Of a stretch of 64,000 nucleotides of DNA, positions 36,944-52,437 are shown in pieces (position 1 is the first letter of the stretch; the number at the start of each line of letters is the position of its first letter). Below the pieces are notes generated by a model that was not told where the DNA came from, did no database searches, and saw only the letters and a list, made by a program, of their open reading frames with translations. The stretch lies in contig NC_092678.1 in the NCBI RefSeq assembly GCF_964355755.1, positions 14,036,171 to 14,100,170 of the forward strand, in the 5' to 3' direction. This stretch comes from Antedon mediterranea. Its lineage: Eukaryota > Animalia > Echinodermata. The translations under genes and the position numbers were made by a program.

Positions 36944-39900
36944 ACAGTAGAAACTAACTAAACAATATGTTCATTTCCTTAAAATAATGTGTCAATTGAA
37001 TTTCAGATCCTTTTATTTCGTTATTATCTTTAGAAAATGTTTGTTTACAATAAAAATTTGATATTTAAAGTAATGAAATTTGAAATAATTTTAAATGTTT
37101 ATTTATTACACATGCTTATAAAAAAAATTCAGTCAGAAAAGTCAGTACTTACAAAGTAATGGCACTGCAGTCAAAGAATGTGAAGTCAGTGGAAACAAAA
37201 TCAACATGAGTTACGGATGAGTGAACTGATAAAATAACATCTACAGAAGCTGTAAACAAATTATTTAAAGGTTAGCTACTGTGTAGGACTAGGCCTTAAT
37301 TTCAAATGCATTTCATTGGTAATACAAAATAATTGAAAATTAAATACAAAAATCTCTACAAAAATCCTAAATGTAATATTTAATTACTTTTTTTTCCAGA
37401 GGTAGATAGGTTTAAATACTTGGTGCAAACGTCTCCCAAAAAATGTGATATGCCCATATATAGAGACGATGATGTGATATCACTACCATTTTTGGGCATA
37501 TCACTACCATATTTGTTTTGTTATTCAAGTTTGATAGTGTAGACAAAGCTTAAGATATCAGTAGGTTGAAACAAGGGTCACTTTGGGGGAATCCCCTTGT
37601 TGCGAATGTAGAGTAGTGAGTGCATAATTTCTGTAATCCATGGTGTGTACTAAAACCTATTTCCTCATGAGCTATTAATAGTTATACACCTCCTACAGAG
37701 GAGAATGCATACCATGTGTGAAATACTAGTACAGCCACGTGCTACAGTTACATTAAATAAAGAAAAATAAAACAGAAAGTAAAGCATATTAGCATAATGT
37801 TTAACTCACCTTGGCTGGTTGGTATCTGTGGCACATGTGATGATGGCGGTGAATTACAAGTCAATGTTTCTGCATCTTTTATTGCAGATGATTGAAAGTC
37901 ACCAAATTTACAATTATAATTTTGGTTGATGTTTAAAGGAGGAAGTTGCTCAACAGTTAGAGAAATCTATGAATACAAAAAAAAATATTCCAGATTTAAT
38001 TTTAAGATATCTGTTTAATTGGAGTGTACTGTACAAAAACTTGTATATAATAGGTTTTGGTCCCACAACAACCTATAAATCCTGGCTTGACACACTGATC
38101 TAGATATCAAGCCAGGCTTCACAATGTTGGGAGTAATAGTTACTTGGGATGACCTCTAGAGTCAATACATGTTGGTGCACACTCAAAAAGGTTGTATTGC
38201 AACCGTAGCTGTTCATCCACTTTTTTTTTCTACCATCTTAATTGGGACATAGGGCCGGAATTCATGTGTCCGTTTGTAAAGAAATGATTTTAACTGGTCG
38301 ATGCAGTAGGATTATAGACAAAGGCAAATGTAACATGAATCTGTGCATCATGGCAACACCCTAGAGTGTACACCCTCGGAGGTTTGAATCCATATTCGAA
38401 AAGAATTATGGCTGTGGAGTGCCGATTTTATGGACATGGCTTGTGGTGCCCCTGCCTTGAGTAGCAGTGCTCAAATTCTAATGGCTAATGGCAAAATAAT
38501 TTTATTTAAAAAGCATTACAAGCCTGGAAAAAACAAATGTAACAAATTGTTCTTCACAACTCACACTGATATTTTCAAAAGTTTGAGGAATAAAAGGTGG
38601 TTCAACACTTGTAATCTCTACACACTGTGCATTGTTGCTTGGCAACCAAGGAGACTGTTGGCATTCATTATATCTGGTACATCTAAAAAATGACAAGCAA
38701 TCATAATTAAGTGCCATGAAGGACTATGAACATTTAAATCCTATATATGGATTCAGATTTAAAAAAAAACTGTTTGAATAAAAAAGGATTGAAAAAACAA
38801 TTAAGCCTGATGCATTTGGAATGTACAGTAACTAATTTATAACATTTAATAGTTTATTGTTTTACTAAAATATGTGAAACAATTTGTAAAATGCAATAAT
38901 AAAAGACACAGCGACTATACAAATTATAAAATATTGGGATTGAAAAAAAAAATGTTAATGAAAATGAAACTCTACTTACTTTTTGTGTAGTGTACACCAT
39001 CCACAATTCCATCTTCTAGACCTGGTATAATACACTCATCACATGTGATAAACTGACTGCAGTTTGAAACTTGTAGCTTAATCAACTAATCAAATATTGT
39101 GATAATTATACAAAATAAAGAAATATTATGAAACATAATCAACAACTAGTAAACAGACAACACGATTTTAAAACATTTACCATACATTTCCTTAGGATAA
39201 TTCAATCATAATTGTAAAAGTAACTGATTTAAAGTCTGAAGGGGTTTACATTGAATAAAAAAAGTGTTTGTCCTTAATAGGGTTAAAAGCATCATGGAAC
39301 AAGTATAAAAAATGATGGAGATGGACACCTCAACAGAACGAACAACAGAACGTTTCACGGAATGGACTAAAACATGCACAAAGACAAGATAAAGAGATGA
39401 TATGGCAGTATTTGCGGGAATATCTTGAAGAGAATGAGAGCAGGAGAGGACTTTGCCTATGGCTAGAATTATGCTGACGATGTTGTACTTCCTTGAAATA
39501 TAAACCAAATTATATTAAAATAAACTAACCTTTTTTGCTGTAATTAGATGTTTCATCTATAAATGTCTCTGACCTGACCTCTTGACCTGTGTATCTATGG
39601 TGATAAATTCATACACTCTAGATTAGATAGATGAGGCTTTGTTGGTTAACTCAGCCTGACAAATTGAAAAAAAATATAACTTAATTAATTAAGTTCATTC
39701 AAACATATTTATACATTTAAGCAGTGTTACAAACTTTAATAAATTAGTGACAGAATGCTGGTTTAATAACAACCTGTAAATAAATGCCAACAAATATGCA
39801 TGTCTCTGTACCTGATCTTAAGCCCGGCACACACTGTAGCTATCGGCTGAGCCAACTGGCACGAACAACACTTTGCTCACAACAAAAATTGTCACAAACT

Positions 39901-41079
39901 GTGATCGCGTTCTATCGGACGCATACTAAACGCCTTCAGCATTCGGTTTTCTCTTTGGATAATTACTTACTATGCTATAGGGCACGTGCTGACATACTAT
40001 AATAAATGACAACATTTTTCAGTAAGCTGTTAGCTTACGTTCGGAGGAAAATGACACGCATGATAGATACTTTCCTCAACAGCACATGTGGCCGATTCCT
40101 CACAAAGTGTCCGACGCACACTGTGTGTGAGTAAAGTGTAAGTAAGAAAGTAAGTTTTTTCGTTCATAGTTGTTTTAACTCTTTCTAATTATCACTTCAT
40201 AATATCAGGCTTGGGAGTGCTTGCCTAATACACTCCAAAAAATGCCCTGGAGTCGTGCCATTTACTGCACGTTTGGTAAACTTTTACACATGAACAGCAA
40301 CAGCAAACCTATAGCACACTATGTACTGAGGAGTACAATGTGTAGCACACTAGCAATTTTAAAGACACAAAGCCTGTGATATGATATAATATGAGTGGAG
40401 AAAATAAACAAACAAACTTACTTTGTTTTGTGAATCTGGAATGTTCAAAGCCATTGAACATCATGTTACAGACATATTGTTTGTGAGTAACAAAAGGCAT
40501 TACAATCCCTTGAAAATCTTCTGCCGTCAAATCAGTCAAGTAAACAGTTAAATCAGCGAATGCTATTACAAAAATAAATAAAAATGATAAGTTTGTGTTT
40601 ACTAAATATTTAACCAAATATTCTACACTATGTTATAATGTTCTTTACAAAATATTCACATTTCTATACTTCATTCAATATGATTGTGTTTGTATTTTGA
40701 GAAAAATACTTTTTTTTATTGAGGTTGCATGACAAAGCTATATGAAGTCATCATTGCTTACAATTTGCAACTGTTGAGTTGGTTAGGACCATCAAACCGG
40801 GCAGGGTTGGGTTTCACGGTGCAAATGAAATTGTTGGCCTAAGGATTGTAGAGTACAGCCAGGTGTACATGTAATAAGAGGCAGTTGTAAAGGTTGTATA
40901 TTCTGGCCAGTAAGTTTCATCCACTAAAGACACAACAGAATGCTGAGTACTTTGGCAATAAAAAAAAAAGATGGGAATTTTGTGTACATAATTGAAATAT
41001 TGGGACATACTTATGAGAATGAATGACATTATACCAGTTTAAAAGTACTAATTATGGTAAATTAAATTATAATGGTAAC

Positions 41080-41334
41080 CTTCAATTTGGTCAGTGTTAT
41101 GCCCAAATAAGGTCAAGTTATGCTTGAATTAATGATTCACTCATTCATTTCAACATAAGCTTTTTTGTTTTCTTTGTCATATTGTTTAATCCTTCTTCTA
41201 TGGATCAGAAGAATGATAAAGAAAAGAAGTATTGCAACACCTATTACTGAACAAATTACAATAATTATTTCTACTTGAATGTTGGAAGAATATTCGATGG
41301 GCCCAAACGTCACATTAATGTTACCATGTTGAAT
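41080..41334 (-). pseudogene. Plexin transmembrane exon, copy B
   Basis: Same as copy A, TGA at 41137-41139. Confidence 0.85.
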
Positions 41335-43863
41335 CTGAAAAGAAAAAAAATTGAATTATAATACTATACACCATTATTTTGTTTTTTGTAAAATAATATT
41401 TTGAACTTTTATATTTTGCAGTAGTTTAAAAAAATAGATAAAAACATTCTAAAAAGCATTTAAAAACATAAATTCTTGGTTATTGTGGAATAGCATTAAA
41501 AAAAAACTATCATTAATTTGGATATTATACACATAATGAATGTTTATGAGTTGATGGTTGAAAGATTGACTGCTCCCATTTAACGGGTACCAAGAGTACA
41601 ATCATAGGTGTTATAAAAGCCATTATTTGTGATAAAAGATATGTCAATTGCAGAAGATTTGGCAAAATCAGGAGCAGAGTATTTTATTTTGAAATGAGAG
41701 GTTACCTCACTTGGCTTTTAATTGAACTAAAAATTCTATATAATAATATTATAAAATGTCCTTTTCTGTACCATGCTGTCTTAGAGGTTACTTTTAAAAT
41801 GAGTAATAATTAGATTATGATTCTTGTGATCTGGTGACCACAAACATTTGCAATACATGTACCTTAACTATAGGATGATCTTCACCATCTACTGGATTAG
41901 GTTCCTTGTCTGGTACTTCAACAATAACTACTGTACGTGTTATTGAATTTACAGTGCATTTAACCCTTCCTATGAAGACTTCAACATCCTCAATGTCACT
42001 AGCAAGGTTGATGTCAGAACCCTAATAATAATAAATCACAATCAGTAAATAACTGATTAAGGATTTAAAAAGTTCTTTTTCAAATTTTAAAATAAATGTA
42101 GCTCAATAATACACTTTACACTGAACAAAAACTAACTAACTAAATAATTATAAAAATTATGAGATTTGTGTAAATATTTTGTGCAGCAGTAGAAACTAAG
42201 TTTGGTTGCTCCTGAGCACGCATTGCATGATGTAAGCACAACACAAGTAACTTGACTATTCATGACACGACTGATGGATCAACCATTGCATCATGATAAT
42301 AGTCAAATTGCTTGCGTTGTCAATTACATCCTTCCATTGTGTTAAGTAGAGTTGATTTAATGCTTTTACGCAATACACTGCTGAAGAAATAAAACTATAT
42401 ACAGTATTTACCATCAACTTTATAAATTCATCAATATCTTTGTCATATCTGTATATTCCATCAACTACAGTCTCTCCATAAAAAGAAATATTATCAAAGG
42501 GATAATATATTGGATTAGGGTAAACTGAGAATCCAAAATCACCACTCAATGCAGGAACGAAACCATCAATGAAAAGGTCAACCTGATGTGGAGAGATCAG
42601 CTGGTGGACTTTCACAATCCATCTCTTCATTTGACAGAATTATACAGTTCTGAAAAAACAACACATCATTTCTTTATTTATTAATTAAAGAACAATTTAC
42701 AAGGAATTTTCAAAATAATTAATTAATTTTCATAAAGTCATATACTTTGCTTAAATCTGACAAAACAATTCTACTTAGTAACAATTATAATCAAAATAAA
42801 TACACAAAAGGCCTATATTGTGTAAATAAGACAGAAGAGAAAACAGAGTGTTAATGTTGGAAAACAAAAACATGATCTTAAAATTATCTTTACTTGATAA
42901 TCAGATGCTTTTGGAGTTGATTTAATGTACTGAGCATTGAGTACAATTACATCAGAGAAGGACTTATGCTTGGTTACTACTAGAGATGCACAAGGACGCA
43001 TGTAACATAAGTGATTTGACCAATCACAAGCGATTGATTATTCCAACTGTTACTTTTCATTGGTCAACTAGCTTGCGTTGGGTCTACATCCTTGAGTTGC
43101 GTCTCTAGTGGCAACCAAGCTTTAAAGCACTCAGATTTTATGGATGGATTATGGATATATTCTTATGGATGAATGATATGGATGTAAACATTGTTGACTT
43201 CTAAGGAAAACCTCTCTTTCTGTTGAAATTTATTATATTAGAAATGTATATGTATCTAAAGCTTACATTTTCAGCTGATACGATATTTAACAACATCGTT
43301 GCTTTCTGTACATATTGGAAATTTGTTCCGGTCACTCTGATGTTTTGACCACCTCTGCAAAAATAAGCATTTTAAACATTATCATTACATGGAATATGGT
43401 GCTTTAAGTATGAAGGAGTCAATTGATTTTACTTCCAATTCTTAAAGCCCAACATTGTCACATTGTTTTGTATAATAATTTAATACACTGAGCTTTTGTA
43501 TCAAGGTCAGTACAGTTTGTATCTTACTATAGTAAAGCAAGGTCAGTTGGCTTGGAACTTTCCATTTTTCGTTTTTTTGACACACGATTTTCAGCCTGAA
43601 TGAAAAATTAAGAATAATTTTGTTAACTGGCATATGTAGAGTTTCTCAGTTTACTACCACTGCACAGTTGTATATTATATCTATTTGTTGGCCTACTTCT
43701 AATTTTAAGTCTAGTTACTTTCACTGTTCGAGTCACTGTCAGGGCCAAGCCCTAGCTAGGACTAGATAAAGGACCTTATTTTGGAAAGGTAGGAGGAGGG
43801 GATTCTTCTGTTGGCCTAATTTTATATATTTTGGTTTGAATGGTGGCACTAAAGGAAATAAAC

Positions 43864-44632
43864 CTAGGCTAGTGAATGTGTTAAACTTACCAATTCTATC
43901 GTTCTTGTGTTGATATATTTACGATAACAATGGTGATGAAATTCAAAATATGGATGCTTTGTTATTATGTCTTCATATGACGCATTAAGAATATCTAGCT
44001 CAGATACTAGTTTATTAGCAATATCTTTACAGGTACCATCTAAGTTTACCCATAACTTGGTACAAGCAACAACCTTATAAAATCGAACTTCCGTAATTGG
44101 GAATGCCGTTTTATCAGTAATGTTTTCATGGTGAAAACAACATTTTATTTGAAGATCACACACGTGGCTTTCATCAATCGAAGCCATGTTGTTGTTTGTG
44201 CACAGTTCATGTCACGCGTCCATATTCACCAAATCGTTAACAATTGTTGTACTAAAATTACGATAATACTGTTTTATTATCAAGTTTCCTGTTATTTAAT
44301 TAATATACTAAATATCACTGAACTTATTCAATGTAGTTTTTGTGAATAAATATTTTATTTAATGAATAATAAAACCTTAATGAAAAAAAAAATTTTTTTG
44401 GCTAAAGGAGTTTCTCGTGTGGAAAAGGTCATGGGTCAACACAATGTAAAAAAATTTTCAAATACTGACGTTGAAATGTGATTTCCTTGTTATATGATAC
44501 GTTTTTTAGGTGAAACTTTGTGTTAAAACTTATTACTTTTAAAATATTATTAACATAATTATCATGTAGAGTTTTTTTAGGCTAATGAGACTGGAACGGG
44601 ATTGAACGATAGGATTTTCACCCGATGGCCTA
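43864..44632 (-). mobile_element. 5' fragment of a DNA transposon, possibly Academ-like (duplicate at ~31504-32310)
   Basis: Terminus TAGGCCATCGGGTG; ATG 44187 ORF with FHHHCYRKY motif ending at a GTAAGT donor. Confidence 0.4.
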
Positions 44633-47600
44633 AAATAAATAATGAATTTCTCTATAAAATCATTAACTTAAAATGTTTACCTTTGTTGCATTTGGTAAAT
44701 TCCTAATTGGTATTATGACTTCTTTCTGTAATTGTGCATGAATAAGTTCCTCATCTGGTTGATAAATTTGTGGACATGACCCTTGACCTTGAAAACCATT
44801 TGGTGGTGATGCTGCCTACATATTAAAACAATAGCTTATAAGTGATATTATAACAATAATGTCGTTAAACATTTTGAATGCCATAATTACAAAAATAGAT
44901 AATTTTCTGTTTGTTCTTCTCACCGATAACTGTAGATGATCTAATGGAAACTGTTAATACGAACCGTGGTAACTACTGTAAATTACTGACAAAGATCACT
45001 AAAATATATTAAGAATACACCATTATTCTTACAAGTTCTTTATCTGGCACGGCACCTAATGTTCCATCTGCATAGATTAAGGGTATGTTCAGACTCACGG
45101 AGTTACGATGGAGTTATGTAAGCGGCGTACATATTTTTGTGTTTGAACCAGGCCGCGGATTAGCGTTAGGAAGCTGTTACTCCGCGCCAGTGGCGTTATT
45201 AACTTTGGCTGGAGAGGGTAGATTTAATAACGCTAATCCAGTGATGCATCAGTGATTTTAACCCTAACCAATGAAAAGAAACGACCACGATTAGCAGACA
45301 GCAACTACATACCTGTACCCTAGTATACAACAGCGAAATAGCTATGTCAAATGTATTTTAGGTTTCCAAGTTTAAAGAACAGTAAAGTTGGTGTCAGTGA
45401 TATGATATTTGCCTAAAATAAATCAATTAATCAGAACATTTTCCGTGTAATAATTATGCTTTAACTTATTTTGAATTAAAATGCAATTCTACAAGTAGTA
45501 AGAACAAATAAGTATATGTAACATTATATAAATACAAATAACAAAAACCAATTTAACGATGTAAACTTTCATGCATTGTCATGAATATATTATAATTCAA
45601 TCTGTTTTGACCTGATCAGAGTGTTTTAAACGCAAGGCATTGGAATGTTGATCGTTGTGTCTGAACACCTTGGCTTTTAACGCCACAGATTACCGTACGC
45701 CTTGCATAGATAACTCCACCGTAACTCTGTGAGTCTAAACATACCCTAAAGTATCTTGCCTAAGGACACAAGGCATGCCACCTCATAATATAATTTCTAT
45801 AAGCGGCATACTATAAACTGAGCAACCCATTCGCACCTTACCAACCCCTTCCAAATACAATTAGCCTAACCATGTTGTCTCAAAAAGTGCTTATTTGAGC
45901 AATACAAGTTCCATTTGATTATATAGCACAAAAAAGAAAAAAAAGTCATAATTACTTACGTTTCCTTTCAAAATAATTTTGTCTGCTGTGCACAATGTTG
46001 ATGCATTATGGGTACATTTATTGTCGTAGACACACCAATCACAAGTAAAACTTAAAACACATCCAGAACAGCTACAGTATTGAAAATAAAAACAAAATAA
46101 CATTGTTAAAAAGTAAAACACCATTTACTTATTTTGCACAACAAATGACAAAGTGCCAATCATTATCTTATGTAATGTCAATGCCAATGATATAAAGATG
46201 TTGTTAAAGATAATTATTAAATCATATACTATCATTTTTCTACTCCTCAGGGGACACTTTACTGCCAAACGAGGAGGACTATATTTTAACACTGCGGCCA
46301 ACCCTTACAAAAGGAACACCTAGACTGGGCCTAAAAAAATCACTGAATTAACATAATGATCTATTGTATATTTCACAATTCTGAGCACAAATGTATACAG
46401 TAATTTGTTAAGGTAATGACCAGTGCAAACGCATCACAGTTTGCTAAAGTTTAAATTCTCAATTTCAAGAGCCAATTCATTCATTTTTTTTTGTTTTTGC
46501 ATATTTTTTTTTCATAAGGAGAATTTGTTTAGGTCCCAATAGTGTCCCCTAATAAGGGGGTCTACTGTATAATATTTTGATATTGTTAATATTATTTTGA
46601 ACAATGGGAGAAAATTAATCACAGCACATGGTACGAAATGAATGAAATTGGTGGATACACTTAGGTCTGTTACAGTACATTTAACAGCAGATTAACTCAC
46701 TGAGTACAGATTTGAGAGAGCATTAGTATTAGTTTGTTATATTGAACAAAAGTACAGTATTGGTAAAACGGTATGAACACATTTTAACACGAACTTCCCT
46801 TTGACTCAAAATAACCTTTTGTGTTACAAAAATAATAGGCTAAATTTAGGTAAAGTTATTGTTGAAATAAAATTCAATAAACAATACAGAAAACTTTAAC
46901 AACAGAATCAAATCCTTGATGATATAATAGAGAAGGTTTACAGTTCTGGTTTCCGTAACAGCAAGTCAGAGGCTGACAAGTTAATACCAAGAAGCAAACA
47001 TTGATGTATTTTGTATTGTTGATTAAATAACCTGATTAATTAAGTATGTGAATGAATGGCATTAAAGCATGCTTGACTGCACAGGCAAGTCAAGCAAATG
47101 CTGTCAAATGGTTCGATTAACATTGCATACAATTACACTGTGGAATTTATTAGGGTTGAGGGAATGTTATGGTTCCAGGTAACTGTAAGCTTATATTGGA
47201 CATGTCCACATGCTTTTTCGACTTCTTGTTAAATGTTCTGTGAAGGTTAAAGATCATTCAGGAAAGCAATTATCCTTACAAACCTATACATTTAATAGGC
47301 TAACTACTATCTACTCAAAATAACACATATAATAACTTAACTTAATTCAATAATAATAATCAAATGAATCTTTTGAATCTAGTTCAATTATCAAAACACT
47401 AACAGTAACTGTTTTTAACACCGTGAGAGTATCACTCAATAGTAGTTATGTTTTAAATTATAAACAGTTTTCTCTTAAAATCTAAACTAAATTCCTTCAT
47501 GTACACCAAGTAGTTTATGATTTATGACATGCAAATACAGTCAACTTTCCTATCAGTCAAAATTAGAAACTAAGCTGTCAAAATCACAATGTGCTTAAGA

Positions 47601-48114
47601 ATCCAAAAGTTCTTGATAATTGTGGAAAAACCTTAGTGTGCTCTAAGACATTGCCATGCTTTTAAAAAGCCAGATATTTATTTTTTTCTGATCTCTGAAG
47701 ACTTTGGAACAACCCAACCCAAGAGTCTGATTGATAATATTTGAATTTCAAAAAATACTTAAATTACATTACTACAAAGATAAATAAAAAAGGTGTTATT
47801 TAATCTACAATAAACACGTAACTGATGAGTTGATTGTCTTGAAAGGAAGATATATTGGTTAATTTGGCTGAACTATCTATCTGATTACAAATAGGGAAGT
47901 ATAACAATGATGATTCAGTGTTGACACATTGGTTTTTTAACTGTGTTTATTCATTCCCTCACAGCTATCAATATTTGCTATCCTGGTTCCAATATAAAAT
48001 CAATTTGAAGGAACCACTCTCATATGCATTGTAAATGTTTGTACGTGTTACACAATTATAACTGTCCCATTACAACAATACTATCAATATTGTATTTGAT
48101 TTCCTTATGTACTT

Positions 48115-49383
48115 AAAGATGACAGTGAGATTATAACAAATTATGTACATTGCAACCTGGTAAAGATGACAGTGAGATTATAACAAATTATGTACATTGC
48201 AACCTGGTAAAGATGACAGTGAGATTATAACAAATTATGTACATTGCAACCTGGTAAAGATGACAGTGAGATTATAACAAATTATGTACATTGCAACCTG
48301 GTAAAGATGACAGTGAGATTATAACAAATTATGTACATTGCAACCTGGTAAAGATGACAGTGAGATTATAACAAATTATGTACATTGCAACCTGGTAAAG
48401 ATGACAGTGAGATTATAACAAATTATGTACATTGCAACCTGGTAAAGATGACAGTGAGATTATAACAAATTATGTACATTGCAACCTGGTAAAGATGACA
48501 TTGAGATTATAACAAATTATGTACATTGCAACCTGGTAAAGATGACAGTGAGATTATAACAAATTATGTACATTGCAACCTGGTAAAGATGACAGTGAGA
48601 TTATAACAAATTATGTACATTGCAACCTGGTAAAGATGACAGTGAGATTATAACAAATTATGTACATTGCAACCTGGTAAAGATGACATTGAGATTATAA
48701 CAAATTATGTACATTGCAACCTGGTAAAGATGACAGTGAGATTATAACAAATTATGTACATTGCAACCTGGTAAAGATGACAGTGAGATTATAACAAATT
48801 ATGTACATTGCAACCTGGTAAAGATGACAGTGAGATTATAACAAATTATGTACATTGCAACCTGGTAAAGATGACAGTGAGATTATAACAAATTATGTAC
48901 ATTGCAACCTGGTAAAGATGACAGTGAGATTATAACAAATTATGTACATTGCAACCTGGTAAAGATGACAGTGAGATTATAACAAATTATGTACATTGCA
49001 ACCTGGTAAAGATGACAGTGAGATTATAACAAATTATGTACATTGCAACCTGGTAAAGATGACATTGAGATTATAACAAATTATGTACATTGCAACCTGG
49101 TAAAGATGACAGTGAGATTATAACAAATTATGTACATTGCAACCTGGTAAAGATGACAGTGAGATTATAACAAATTATGTACATTGCAACCTGGTAAAGA
49201 TGACAGTGAGATTATAACAAATTATGTACATTGCAACCTGGTAAAGATGACAGTGAGATTATAACAAATTATGTACATTGCAACCTGGTAAAGATGACAT
49301 TGAGATTATAACAAATTATGTACATTGCAACCTGGTAAAGATGACAGTGAGATTATAACAAATTATGTACATTGCAACCTGGT
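48115..49383. repeat. 47-bp minisatellite, 27 units
   Basis: Same unit as 36427-36943; 1269 bp. Confidence 0.95.
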
Positions 49384-52071
49384 ACAGTAGAAACTAACTA
49401 AACAATATGTTCATTTCCTTAAAATAATGTGTCAATTGAATTTCAGATCCTTTTATTTCGTTATTATCTTTAGAAAATGTTTGTTTACAATAAAAATTTG
49501 ATATTTAAAGTAATGAAATTTGAAATAATTTTAAATGTTTATTTATTACACATGCTTATAAAAAAAATTCAGTCAGAAAAGTCAGTACTTACGAAGTAAT
49601 GACACTGCAGTCAAAGAATGTGAAGTCAGTGGAAACAAAATCAACATCAGTTACGGATGAGTGAACTGATAAAATAACATCTACAGAAGCTGTAAACAAA
49701 CTATTTAAAGGTTAGCTACTGTGTAGGCCTAGGCCTTAATTTCAAATGCATTTCATTGGTAAATACAAAATAATTGAAAATTCAATACAAAAATCTCTAC
49801 AAAAAACCTAAATGTAATATTTAATTACTTTTTTTTTCCAGAGGTAGATAGGTTTAAATACTTGGTGCAAACGTCTCCCAAAAAATGTGATATGCCCATA
49901 TATGGAGATGATGATGTGATATCACTACCATTTTTGGGCATATCACTACCATATTTGTTTTGTTAATCAAGTTTGATAGTGTAGACAAAGCTTAAGATAT
50001 CAGTAGGTTGAAACAAGGGTCACTTTGGGGGAATCCCCCTTGTTGCGAATATAGAGTAATGAGTGCATAATTTCTGTAATCCATGGTGTGTACTAAAACC
50101 TATTTCCTCATGAGCTATTAATAGTATATACACCTCCTACAGAGGAGAATGCATACCATGTGTGAAATACTAGTACAGCCACGTGCTACAGTTACATTAA
50201 ATAAAGAAAAATAAAACAGAAAGTAAAGCATATTAGCATAATGTTTAACTCACCTTGGCTGGTTGGTATCTGTGGCACATGTGATGATGGCGGTGAATTA
50301 CAAGTCAATGTTTCTGCATCTTTTATTGCAGATGATTGAAAGTCACCAAATTTACAATTATAATTTTGGTTGATGTTTAAAGGAGGAAGTTGCTCAACAG
50401 TTAGAGAAATCTATGAATACAAAAAAAAATATTCCAGATTTTAATTTTAAGATATCTGTTTAATTGGAGTGTACTGTACAAAAACTTGTATGTATAATAG
50501 GTTTTGGTCCCACAACAACCTATAAATCCTGGCTTGACACACTGTGATCTAGATATCAAGCCAGGCTTCACAATGTTGGGAGTAATAGTTACTTGGGATG
50601 ACCTCTAGAGTCAATACATGTTGGTGCACACTCAAAAAGGTTGTATTGCAACCGTAGCTGTTCATCCACTTTTTTTTTCTACCATCTTAATTGGGACATA
50701 GGGCCGGAATTCATGTGTCCGTTTGTAAAGAAATGATTTTAACTGGTCGATGCAGTAGGATTATAGACAAAGGCAAATGTAACATGAATCTGTGTATCAT
50801 GGCAACACCCTAATCTAGAGTGTACACCATCGGAGGTATTCGAAAAGAATTATGGCTGTGGAAGTGCCGATTTTATGGACATGGCTTGTGGTGCCCCTGC
50901 CTTGAGTAGCAGTGCTCAAATTCTAATGGCTAATGGCAAAATGATTTTATTTAAAAAGCATTACAAGCCTGAAAAAAATGTAACAAATCCTATATATGGA
51001 ATCAGATTTAAAAAAAAACTGTTTGAATAAAAAAGGATTGAAAAAACAATTAAGCCTGATGCATTTGGAATGTACAGTAACTAATTTCTAATATTTAATA
51101 GTTTATTGTTTTACTAAAATATGTGAAACAATTTGTAAAATGCAATAATAAAAGACACAGCGACCATACAAATTATAAAATATTGGGATTGAAAAAAAAA
51201 AATGTTAATGAAAATGAAACTCTATTTACTTTTTGTGTAGTGTACACCATCCACAATAAGGATCTCCATCTTCTAGACCTGGTATAATACACTCATCACA
51301 TGTGATAAACTGACTGCAGTTTGAAACTTGTAGCTTAATGAACTAATCAAATATTGTGATAATTATACAAAATAAAGAAATATTATGAAACATAATCAAC
51401 AACTAGTAAACAGACAACAAGATTTTAAAACATTTACCATACATTTCCTTAGGATAATTCAATCATAATTGTAAAAGTAACTGATTTAAAGTCTGAAGGG
51501 GTTTACATTGAATAAAAAAAGTTTTTGTCCTTAATAGGGTTAAAAGCATCATGGAACAAGTATAAAAAATGATGGAGATGGACACCTCAACAGAACGAAC
51601 AACAGAACGTTTCACGGAATGGACTAAAACATGCACAAAGACAAGATAAAGAGATGATATGGCAGTATTTGCGGGAATATCTTGAAGAGAATGAGAGCAG
51701 GAGAGGACTTTGCCTATGGCTAGAATTATGCTGACGATGTTGTACCTCCTTGAAATATAAACCAAATTATATTAAAATAAACTAACCTTTTTGCTGTAAT
51801 TAGATGTTTCATCTATAAATGTGTCTGACCTGACCTCTTGACCTGTGTATCTATGGTGATAAATTCATACACTCTAGATAGATGAGGCTTTGTTGGTTAA
51901 CTCAGCCTGACAAATTGAAAGAAAATATAACTTAATTAATTAAGTTCATTCAAACATATTTATACATTTAAGCAGTGTTAAAAACTTTAATAAATTAGTG
52001 ACAGAATGCTGGTTTAATAACAACCTGTAAATAAATGCCAACAAATATGCATGTCTCTGTACCTGATCTTA

Positions 52072-52437
52072 AGCCCGGCACACACTGTAGCTATCGGCTG
52101 AGCCAACTGGCACGAACAACACTTTGCTCACAACAAAAATTTTCACAAACTGTGATCGCGTTCTATCGGACGCATACTAAACGCCTTCAGCATTCGGTTT
52201 TCTCTTCGGATAATTACTTACTATGCTATAGGGCACGTGCTGACATACTATAATAAATGACAACATTTTTCAGTAAGCTGTTAGCTTACGTTCGGAGGAA
52301 AATGACACGCATGATAGATACTTTCCTCAACAGCACATGTGGCCGATTCCTCACAAAGTGTCCGACGCACACTGTGTGTGAGTAAAGTGTTATTCGTGCC
52401 AGTTGGCTCAGCTGATAGCGATAGTATGCGTCGGGCT
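52072..52437. mobile_element. PIF/Harbinger-like MITE (truncated duplicate at ~39821-40139)
   Basis: TIR AGCCCG...CTATCGGCTGAGCCAACTGGCACGAA; TTA on both sides. Confidence 0.8.

Larger units (their letters stand above)
27779..40139. repeat. Tandem segmental duplication, copy A
   Basis: Near-identical to 40151-52390; paired ORFs offset by ~12.3 kb. Confidence 0.95.
40151..52390. repeat. Tandem segmental duplication, copy B
   Basis: Matches 27779-40139; contains plexin exons from late Sema through juxtamembrane. Confidence 0.95.

Noticed and set aside
38090-38200. Faint 5S rRNA/SINE3 resemblance (duplicate near 50530-50630)
   Set aside because: Too degenerate to call without alignment.
39206-39508. 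100-aa ORF present in both duplicate copies
   Set aside because: Intronic, non-ATG start, no motif; conservation is explained by the duplication.
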